Assembly: GCF_006345805.1 (NCBI RefSeq) | Contig: NC_043005.1 | Span: forward strand, 40,114,001 to 40,178,000 | Direction: 5' to 3' | DNA length: 64,000 nt | From: Octopus sinensis | Lineage: Eukaryota | In this document: positions 21,901 to 33,723 of the stretch, in pieces | How positions within the stretch are numbered: position 1 is the stretch's first letter | Layout of the letters: each line of letters opens with the position of its first letter | Translations under genes and position numbers: made by a program | Notes under the pieces: model-generated | Database searches by the model: none | What the model was told of the DNA's origin: nothing | What the model saw: the letters and a program-made list of their open reading frames with translations, nothing else

Positions 21901-24900
21901 TGCAAGTACCTTCCATTTGAAACTCCAGAAACATTTTTACCCAGCTGCCACTCATCACATGTCCACACCAATGCAGACTTTCCTCTTGCATTTCATTTTT
22001 CTCAAACCTAGTTTATCTCTTAGCTCATGTGATGGTCGTTGATGCACATTAACATTACTCAGAATCAAACTCACGCCTAATAGAAAAATGTGACACAAAC
22101 ACAAGACTGACCTCAAAGTTCGTTATCAAAGGAACAGCACTGTCTATGGATGCTCGTCTGATGAGGTAATTGTCCTTGATGTATTTTGTTTGATGGTTAG
22201 GCAGATTGATTACCAGGTCGATTTCTCCATCTTGGATCATTCTGTAAATAGAAAAATTGGGAAAAAAATTACTTAAAGAGATCCCTCACAGAGCTGAGAA
22301 GATGTTACTTACATGTTGATAGGTGCAGGTGTGGCTGTGTGGAAAGAAGTTTTCAACATCTGTTGTCCATGCTGCCATGGGTTAAACGGTGTGACCAGAG
22401 CTGGCAAGCTGCACCAGACTCAAGTCTGATTTGGCATGGTTTCTACAGCTAGATGCTCTTCCTAACACGAATCACTTTACAAAATGTGCTAGATGCTTTT
22501 ACATGACATTGCACAAATGCTTTTACATGGCACCACACAGGTACTTTTACATGTCACCGCACAAGCACTTATATGTGTAGCTGCACAGACGCTTTTATGT
22601 GTTGCCACAAGTATTTTTACATGTCACAGCATGGGCACCACATGGGTGCTTTTATGTGGCACCACCATGAGTGCTTTACACAACCAGAAGGATTGGTCTT
22701 AACACTTATACTGCTGCTGGGTATGGATCTTTTAGAATAGGGTCAGGCACCAGGTATCTCAGTCCTTTGTCATCTCGCCTGAAAGGTTCAACTACCCCAG
22801 GTCATTCTTCAGTACTATCCTATGTCTTCCTGGGTCTCCCACTTCCACATGTTCCATCCACTGTGAGAGATCAGCACTTCTTTATGGAACTGTCAACATC
22901 CTTCATTCTGAAAACTTTTGGGTGCGAATTTTACATGAGTATAAGATTTTTTTAAACAATTTTTTTCCCAAAAATCACCTGCATAAATTACACATGTGCG
23001 CTAATTACATGGGTTTTTACAGTAAAACAGCTAAACTATTTGGACCAAATATAGCCAGTTTAAATGCTAAAGGGTTTATCTCAGGTTCTGTTTTATATAT
23101 AAAAGTGTGTCTATGATAAGTTCAGCTCATCTCATTCTACAACTTGGACAGGAAGGTTGGGCTCTTCCAATAACATAATAGGTGATGGGATGCACCACCA
23201 AATGCATAATTTAGTTGCATATAGAACAACAAATTTGTATGGTAAAATGACACTGTTTATGTCTGGAAGCCCTTGTTTCAGTAACTATGGTACAGCGCTG
23301 GAGAAAATAATGGAGAAAATATGAAATATGGACGAACATTTATGAAACACAAAAACAAAAATACAAGCTTACTTTGTAGCTACAGGAAGATCTTCTGTTT
23401 CATTTCCAGTCAAAGCCCAAGAAACTGCTTGTGTGTTTATCTTGTGTGCATTCAGATAATGTGCAGTTGCATCAGTTGCAAACAGCTTCATTTGAGAAAG
23501 CCAATAAAAAAGAAAGGAAAAGCAGTTACATTTAAAATCTGAAGAAGTGTAAAAGAGAGAAAAGTATAAATATTTTTCTAAGCTTCTTGGTTTTTTTTTA
23601 TTATTTAAGGTTAGGAGACTCTTATAGCACTGTGTAAACTTCTTGGTGATTTGTGTTCTTGAACAGGTTTCAATTATCAGTTGAAGTATTCTTTCACTTA
23701 TAATGAAAATGGTATGGGAAAAACATGAACATCTCGTAGAGCCATTATCATCTTTCTTAAAGAGCATCAAGAGTTTAGTTCTTTATGTATCAAAAGATTA
23801 ACACTTCCCAGTACTTCATCCAAACAATAATCAACTCTCTCTTTTTCCCTCAATGCTTCTCAGTACTTCCACTAACAACAACAATTAAAGATATTCATAG
23901 AAACACAAGCAGAAAGCTACAAATTAATGCCTAACCATTCATACATTTAGTCAACTGAATCAACTAGCAGGTATGAAACTAAATACTATAAGAGTCTGGC
24001 ACACTACCATATCTGACATAATAAGAGGAGGAGGCAGTAATAAATTATTTGAAAAAAAAAGAAAACATACCTTGTATCCCAGATCTGAAAGCTTTTTGGC
24101 CAATGGAAGAAAATTAGAATGGAAAGAATGTTGTACACCAATCATTACATTACTCCCTTGACGTGGCATTTTGAAACCAGAAGACATTATAGCTTTCAGG
24201 AAGGCAGTGTACTTCGTTGACCCAAAGCAAGCAACCTGATACAGTAGAAAAGACACATGAAATACGAAGAAAACACGTACAAAAAGCTAACATTAAAAAA
24301 ATAAGCCTTTAAATATTGTTCAGAGTAAAAAGAAACCTTAGTAAATTCTCCATTACAGCTGATATGTTAATAAATTAAACATAACAAATAAGATGCAATA
24401 AATTCTCCACGGTTATTTTCAAAATTCTTAAAACAAAAATTATAATTTTGACGAATCCTATTTAGCAAACAATTTTAATAAATTTAGTACAATACGTGGA
24501 GGTGCGTGGCTTAGTAGTTAGGGTGTCAGCATCATGATCGTAAGATTGTGGTTTCGATTCCTGGACCAGGTGACGTGTTGTGTTCTTGAGCAAAACACTT
24601 CATTTTACATTGCTCCAGTCCACTCAGCTGGCAAAAATGAGTAACGCTGCGATGGACTGGCGTCCCGTCCAGCTGGGGAACATATATACCATTGAAACCG
24701 GGAAACCAGGCCCATGAAACTGGCTGGGCTTTAAAAAGGTGCATTTATTTTTTATTATTTTTAGTACAATACAAAAATTTATGCAATTTTGTAAAAAGTA
24801 AAAACAGAGTCTAATCATTTCTATGCTAAATCTGACTACAATCAAATCTGAATTCATATGCACATCATAAAGTGTTAGGGTTTGTGCATATATAAGCGAA

Positions 24901-27900
24901 TAGTAATTTTGTTTTCAAGGAGGACTCAGCAAGACAAATTGTACAGGCACCTGAAGACCACTTGGTAAAAAGAAGAAAAATATAAGCAATGTCTGTATAT
25001 TTTTTTCTTATGAAAAATATGAGTTGAAAATGTCAGTTTTATGAAGTTTTTTCTCATCATGCATGTATTGATATTATCTGTCTTTTGGTTGTATTTCTGA
25101 TTTAGAAAATTAATTTAAATACTGGCTGATTGTTTCAAATATTGTACTGATATTTTAAAGTACTTAAAGCTTTGGAATATGATTGAAATGTAGGGTAGAA
25201 GTAAATATTGGTTTCAAAGTCTGGTACAAGGCCAGCAATTTTGGGGAACGGGTTAGTCAATTATATTGACACCAATGCTCAATTGGTACTTATTTTATCA
25301 ACCCCCCCAAGGGATGCAAGGCAAAGCCAACCCCAGCAGAATTTGAACTCGGTATATAAAGACAGACAAAATGCTGTTAAGTATTTTACCTGGCATGTTA
25401 ACAATTCTGCAAGCTTACTGTTTTAATAATAATAATAATTTCAAAGCTTGTGAGAGGGGACTAAGTCATTTAAATTGACCGCAGTGTATAACTGGTACTT
25501 ATTTAATCAAGGATAAAAGGCAAAATCAACCTCGGCAGAATTTGAACACAGAATGTAAAGACAAGCAAAATACCTCTAAGCATTTCACCCAGTGTGCCAG
25601 CTTACTGTTTTAATAATAATAATAATAATGGTTTCAAATTTTGGAACAAGGTCAGAAATTTTGGGGGAGGGGGTAAGTCAATAACATCAACCCCAGTACT
25701 CAACTGGTACTTATTTTATCAACTTCGAAAGGATGAAAGGCAAAGTCAGCCTTAGTGGAATTCGAACTCAGAACGTGAAGACAACTGAAATGCTGCTAAG
25801 CATTTTTACCTGACATGCTAACAGTTCTGCCAGCTTGCCACCTTAGGGTAGAAGTATATAATAAAGTGATGTTTCGTTTCTAAAAATGAGGTTAATAATC
25901 CATAAAGACTGTATCAACTAACCTCAAACATTTTGGTATTCCATTAAACTTAAATATTTGTCTCATCTTTCTTGGTAGGCCATTTCTATATTGATAATTG
26001 TTTTCATATTTTCCTTAACATTAGATAATCAAAACAGACAAGACATACTAAAGCAAAATACTTTCATACAAGCTCTATCCAAAAAATTGTCTATCTTCCT
26101 TCCACATGTTAGCTTTGTTTCAGATACCAGGGTCTACACCAACCACTTGATCCTATCTTTCCAGAACAAAGAACCCTCTAGAATTCTCTTCCTGACAACA
26201 TAGCCAGCTAGCCAGCAGACACTCACTTTGAGAAGTTCAAACTGAATAAAACACACATCATTTGCCACAGTCACAGGGGAGAATACACGATTCATGGAAA
26301 CAACCCCCACCTACATCCCTTCCTCTTGACTTACCTACAATAAAATAAAATATAAAAAACTGAATATTAGAAATAAAAAAATCTCCATATATATACTTAC
26401 TTCACCTGTGGAAGCCATTTCACACTTCAGCAAAGGATCAGCATCCCTCAAACGGGGCCAAGAAAACATGGGCGCCTGTAGTATATTGGAACAGAGAAAA
26501 ACAGAAAACAACTCTTTAATTAACCCATCAAATAATTCTGAATTATTAATAATTATTAACAATGTATACATACAAAATTACTAACAACACTTTGAAACAA
26601 AAATTCGAGTAAGTTTACTGCACCTGTTGTGTTGTAAGATGTATCTAAAAGGATTAGCATTAGAATTAATCTAAAAGTTACCCTTTGACCATATTTTGAG
26701 ATTTTAACTGACTGAATTCAAAAACTACATACAGAAGTAAAGAGAACTTCCTCTCTGTGCTCAATACATCGATCAGTTAGTTTGAAGCCAGATTTGTGAA
26801 ACTGAGTAACCCAACAAATTAACATGTTTTTATAGATTTTGCATACACGAATGTATATGATCTAGTAGTTAAGGCGTTGGCTGGGTTCATGGTCATAAAA
26901 TCCTGGGTTCATTTCCCAGACCAGGTGGTATGTAAAAAGCACCAACCGATCGTGGATGTTGCCAGCCTCCCCTGGCACCTGTGTCGGTGGCACGTAAAAA
27001 GCACCCACTACACTCAGAGTGATTGGCGTTAGGAAGGGCATCCAGCTGTAGAAACACTGCCAGATCAGACTGGAGCCTGGTGCAGCTTCCTGGCTTCCCA
27101 GACCTCGGTCGAACTGTCCAACCCGTGCTAGCATGGAAAACGGACGTTAAACGATGATGATGATGAATCATTATTAGGGAGTACAACTCCAAACTTACAG
27201 GGAAAAATATATATACATATATACAAATTGCATTATAGTGATCCATACCTTTATGCCTACATATGTTTTGGGATCCATAGGGTTATCTAGACTGGGCAAA
27301 TGGTTCCTTTCAATAGGAAGATTGGTCATAACTTTTGTGGCTGTGGCTACAAAGTCAGTACCAATTGTTTTGGAAACAAAGGGACATGACCTGGAAGCAC
27401 GAAGATTCAATTCAATCACCTGTAACAGAAAAGGAAAAGAGATTTATATAAACAAGTAAATGTTTCTAAGTTTATATAGGATTGTTTTTTGTTTTATATA
27501 TATATATATATATATATAGCTTCAGTATACCTACAACCTGTTGGCTGGAACTAGTATAAAATAAATGTGTGTATGACTACTACTACCACAACTACTATTA
27601 CTGCCACCATTACTACTAATTCCACTATCACCATTTTTATTGCTTGCGAAGACCTGTTGGGGCAAGTGAAATCGGAATCAAAATTGAACCAATCCTATGA
27701 CTGGCACCCGGCAGATGCCAGGACCCCTGGACTGGAGATACGTAAAAAGCACTATCCGAATCGTGGCCGATGCCAGCGCCGCCTTGACTGGCTTCCGTGT
27801 CGGTGGCACGTAAAAAGCACCATCCGAATCGTGGCTGAAGCCAGTGCCGCCTCGACTGGCTTCCGTGCAGGTGGCACGTAAAATGCACCCACTACACTCA

Positions 27901-30900
27901 CGGAGTGGTTGGCGTTAGGAAGGGCATCCAGCTGTAGAAACATTGCCAGATAAGACCGGAGCCTGGTGCAGCCTTCTGGCTTCCCAGATCCCCGGTCGAA
28001 CCGTCCAACCCGTGCTAGCATGGAGAACGGACGTTAAACGATGATGATGATGTCGTTGTCACTGATCTCACTGCATTGCATACTGAACAAGTATCTCAGG
28101 TTGACCAATACCTGCTGAGTGGAATTTAGTAGGTGGAGACTGTGCAAAAGCTCTTCATGTATGTATATATGTACACACATACACATACACATATCTGATT
28201 GGCTCCCATGCCGGTGGCATGTAAAAAGCACCATTCAAGCATGGTCAATGCCAGCACTGCCCGACTGGCTCCCATGCTGGTGGCATGTAAAAAGCACCCA
28301 CTACACTCCCCGAGTGTTTGGCGTTAGGAAAGGCATCCAGCTGTAGAATCTTTGCCAGATCGGATTGGAGCCTGATGCAGCCTCCTGGCTTGCCAGCCCT
28401 CAGTCAAACCATCCAACACATACCAGCATGGAAAGCAGATGTTAAACGACAATGATGATGACGACACCTATACATGTATGTCTTTATGTTTGGGTGTGGG
28501 TGTATGCATATATGTATGTGTGAGTATGCATGAATGTTGTGCATATGTATGTGTTAAATGTCACTGAGTCTACATTTATGTTTATATATATTACATAAGA
28601 ATCTTTTGCAGTTGCAAAATAGACTGGAAATTACCTTGACTGAATTTTCACTGGCAATATATTGAATATTGAATGGACCTGTGATTTCAAATCTTTTGGC
28701 AATTTTGGCAGTTGATTCTCGGATCTGGAAATGAAAAATTAAAACAAAAGAATATAATTTTTAAAAATGCAAAACAATAACATGAAATCAAAATATAAAC
28801 AAGATAGCAACAAACTGGTTGTACACAATATTCATAAAAAGACATGAAAAGCACCAAGAAATGAGGTTAATTGAAAATTTAATAAAAGGCACTGATCACT
28901 TATTTAAATAATGGAAAGGTGTATATTCTTATTTCCAAGGTTTCCAACATCAGAAATGACAACAGAAGGGTTAAATGTGGTGAATAATGAAAAAAGTATT
29001 AGGCATGAGCTAAAATTAATTTTTGGATGAGCAAGCAAGAGTGGTAACTTCAAACATGTTCGATTTATTAAGTCTTCATCAGTGAAAGTACAGTCATATG
29101 TGAGCATATCTCCTGAAGTCCCTAGCCAGCCTCAATTTGACAACTATGCTTTCATGAGACCCAAATCTACTACTAATTAGGTCACCTATGTAACAGGGAC
29201 TATCAACTAATTCAATAAAAATCTTCCTTGCATTTGAAAAAATTTATTTCATAATGGAGTGCAGGGTTTTTACCAACACCTTTTCTACATATTGCACATA
29301 GCCGTTTTACAGGCAGTAGTAGACCCCTAACTAAAATGTTTGTCTTTGCATAGTTTACTTTGAAGCCTCTCAATTCAAGGCTTTGCTCCACCTTTGGGAA
29401 TTTCTTCAACAGATTCATTCACCTGCCAGAATTAGGTCATCAGCACACAGGAGTTCCCATAAACGGCCAGTCTTGAACGCTTCTAACATGGCATGGAGAA
29501 TTATAATAAATGAAAGGAAGTTGAGAAATGAGCCCTGATGGACATCTACCGACATGCTAAGTTCTTTTTTGACTCACTACCAATACTCACTTACTAACAG
29601 CATCAGCACTTAGTTTCCTAAGTGATGATCAGACTACAGAGCATAGTACTCCATCAAAAGTTTTCTTGAAATCATCAAATGCTAAGTATAAGGGCTTACT
29701 CTTAGCTAAGAACTCTGTTCTGCAGTTGTCTCACTAAGAAGAAGTACCTTGTTCTTGTACAAACCCTAACTGCATCCCATATAAGTTCCTAATCAGTTAT
29801 GCTATAACTCTTTCTATTACTTTCATTATTGAATATGCTTTTCTTCATAACACTGACACTAGTGAGGTTGCTAAGTAACTAGCAAGGCAGGAAAATAAGA
29901 TAAAGTCCCCTTGACAGAATGAGAGTGCATTTGAGAGAGGGGGAGGTGGCTTTATATCGCGAAGGCCAGGTGTCTTGCTATGGATGAGATACATGGCTAC
30001 TTCACATTAAATAGATGTGTGTGTGTCTGCACATGTAACTATTTAGGTTGCTATATATATATACGTGTGTGTATGTTCATGCTACTTAAAGTTTCATAGG
30101 CTTGCCCATTAAACCTTACACTTCAGGCCCAGAAATCTGAATGGAAATGATTGAAGATGACTTTTGGATATCGGGCTGCTATTGATCAACACAAGTCACA
30201 TGGTGTTACTGACTTAGTAGCATTGACATACAAGTGATAGCAATTTTAAACTGAATTTCTAGGACCACATGGTTGGACAGGATGTTGATGGTGACTGCTT
30301 GTCTAGGAAGTAGAAGCGACAGCAGATCATTGTTGAGCATGTGCGTATGTGCATGTATGTACCTGATATGTTAGTGTATCTGGTGAGGACAGAAAGTTTT
30401 TAAAGCACAACTTAGAAAGTTACAATGTCTTCATAGTATAACAAAGGAAAGAAGGAAAAATCTATCAAGGGAGTTAACTAGGTAGGCTGAAAGCTTGTTA
30501 TGATGGCTGGGGTGTACCTCGCTCCTATATTAGAAATGAACTTCCACTAATTTTGATCAAATCAACCAATGCAGTCATAGAACTACAAAGCCATGAACTC
30601 AAGTACATTATAGGAAATCCTTGATCATGGTATTGCTTTTTACCACTCATCATCAACACAACGACCAAGAAAAACTTAATAGTAAATAACACCCTAAAGA
30701 AATAGAATTGTGAAGACACCAAGGTTAAAGAAATCTCATAACCTAAGATGAGATAACTCAGGTACTTACATTTTTCAGGACTTCTTTTGAAATGCTTTGT
30801 GTGGGTAGAATGAGGGTAGCATCACCACTATGGACTCCAGCATTTTCAACATGTTCGCAGATTGCATGGCTAACAACCTGGAGTGAAAGGTGAAAAGTTG

Positions 30901-32819
30901 TAAGTGAGAGACAGAAAGAGAGAGGGATGTGTGTGTATGAAGAGGAATAAGAGGGTGCATAAAAAATAGACATAAAAAAGTAAAAATATCAAAGTGAGGA
31001 AATGAAAGAAATAAGATAAAAAGAAAGAGAACAGAAAAGATGGGGAGGAAAGAAACTAGTCAAAAAAAGACAAAAAAGAAAAGGAAAAGATAGAAAAAAC
31101 AAAAAAGAAAAGGTAACATTTATTGATAAAGAGACTGGATAGAAGAAAGATATGTTAGAAAGAAGAAAGAAAAAGAAAAAATGAAAAAGAAAGAAAAAAT
31201 GAAAACAATAAAGAAACATCAAATTGGAAAGAAGCAAGAAGCACAAAGCAAAGATGAAAAGAAAGAAACAAAGAGAGAAAAAGAAATGTAAGAAAAAGGG
31301 AGGTAAGAAGGGAAAAAGAAAGAAAAACAGATAGTTTTGAGAGAGAGTAACTAAAGAGTTGTTTTAAATGGGAGGTGGGAGAGACGAAAATGAAAGAGAT
31401 AATCCAAATTATATTTACATGACCATGGTCAGCTACAGCATCCATTTCAATCTCCTTAGCTCCTTCAATAAACTTTGTGATGACCACTGGATACTCCTTT
31501 GACACTTGAGTTGCCTGTTGTAGGTATGTCTCTAACTCCTCTGGTTCATAAGCTACATTCATGGCTGAACCACTCAGTATGTAAGACGGACGTAATAGAC
31601 ATGGGTAACCAACGCTGGCGGCAAAATCCAGTGCCTCATCCTGTGTTTTTGTATTGATTTTGTTTTGTATGATAGGAGTATTTGAAGAATAGTGTACAAT
31701 TGTGCAGGAGTTTGTTGTATTTTATTGTGGTGGTAAGTCATGTAAATATTTGTTTTTGAAGAAAAATAAAAAGAACAAACATCATAAATAAATATCTGTA
31801 TATGCATTCAAACATATATATATATATATATAGTCATCATCATTATCATCATTTAACATTCACTTTCCATACTGGCACTGGTTGGACAATTTGACAGAGA
31901 ACTGGTGAGCCACAGGGCTCTGTCAGGCTCTAATGTCATCTTTGGTTTGGTTTCTATGGTTGAATGCCCTTCCTAATGCCAACCACCTTACAGAGTGCAT
32001 TGGGTGCGTTTTACATGCCACCAGCACTAGTGAGGTTGCCATGAAAATGAATAGGGGAAAACAAAATGGAAAAAGCTTCAATTACAAAGAGGAAGAATTT
32101 GAGAGGCGAAGATGGAGAATTGTACGCAGAATTCAAAAATAATGTCAAATTATCTGCATTACCCACAGTTTCTCTGTTCCGTGATATTCCTCTCAGTTCT
32201 TGTTTTGTGGGTTAAGTTTCAGTTAAGCTGTTGAAATGTGAAGTTAATGGTTTAAGAAATACCCCTAATTTAAATTTTTATGAACAGAATTAACCTAGTG
32301 AAATCATAAATCCAGCTGAGTTAATGAGTCCCAAAAATATATGAAATGAAAAATATGTAAAAATACGAACACACAGAAAAAGTACAGAAAAATACTAACA
32401 CACAGAAGCAAAGAAAAATATCTAATATACTAACACAGAACAATTAAAACAAAACACACGGGTGAAAAGAATCTCATGGTGTGAAGAATCAAGTGTGAAA
32501 AATCAACATAGACAACAGCAGCAGAAACAACAGTGAACCATAACACAGTGTGCAGTTGACATGGTAACAAGCTGCTAATGCCATGCTGTCTGTTGATTGG
32601 CTAAAATTACCCAAATTTCCCAACTTTAATTCCAAGTAACACCAGATTCTTTAATTTACAAGATAGAGTAATTAGTTGATTGTAATCAAAATTCATAGTT
32701 GCATCGATTCACCAAAATTGAAAGCAATCTGAGCAAAATTAAGAGGGTGGGGGCTCATTTTGCGAATGAGAAAGACTAGATCCAAAATTTGATTTGTACA
32801 GAACTCTAATCTTTTTTTA

Positions 32820-32873
<54 letters not shown>

Positions 32874-33688
32874 CCAGAGCAACAAGCTGGTGGCATGTAG
32901 AAAAGCACCATTCGAGCATGATTGTTACCTATGTTGCCTTAATGGCACTTGTGCTGGTGGCACATAAAAAAAGATTTGAACGAGGTCATTGCCAGTGCCG
33001 CTGGACTGGCTCCTGTGCAGGTGGCACATAAAAAGCACCATTGAGCATGGCTGCTGCAAGTACCGCCTGACTGGCCCTTGTGACGGTGGCACGTAAAAGC
33101 ACCCACTACACTCTCGGAGTGGTTGACATTAGGAAGGGCATCCAACTGTAGAAACTCTGCCAGATCAGGTTGGAGTCTGGTGCAGCCATCTGGTTCGCCA
33201 GACCTCAGTCAAATCGTCCAACCCATGCTAGCATAGAAAGCAGACGTTAAAAGATGATGATGATGATGATATATTATTTAAAAATTAAAAATGATAAGTG
33301 TAAAGAAAAGGAAAAGAAAGAAAACTTACCAATGAGCTGAGGGATCGCCATTCTGGTTGGTCTACATTCAATTCATCAAGGATAGCAGAGAAAACAGATC
33401 GATTCTCAGCATTGTCTATCATCAAAGGGCTTGTACCAAATATATGCACATTATGATTGTAGAGTGGGAGGGCAAGGTTATTAGGGACTTGACCACCAAC
33501 AGAAACAATGATGCCGTTACAGTTCTAAAAGCAAGATGTAAAAAGGAAAATATACAATGGAGATAATGTACATAAGATGGCCTGTATGTGGTCATGTGTC
33601 CTTATTAGTCTGTTTGTATCTATTTGTATGTTTGTGCATATGTACATGTTCATGTGTATTTATGTATAGCATGTGTGTGTGTGTGCAC

Positions 33689-33723
<35 letters not shown>

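Noticed and set aside
23486-23500. Unusual weak acceptor (aaatgaag) suggesting mis-annotation or non-canonical splicing
   Set aside because: It is still AG; the exon length (113) keeps frame with both neighbours and matches the recalled orthologous exon
27380-27419. ELN and SCPF substitutions near the second ATP-grasp site as a functional novelty
   Set aside because: The catalytic E and N are retained, and these flanking positions vary among CPS enzymes
22490-27900. CRISPR-like arrays (24-bp and 68-bp periodic repeats)
   Set aside because: Contiguous tandem units without unique spacers, in a eukaryotic intron context, with no cas genes
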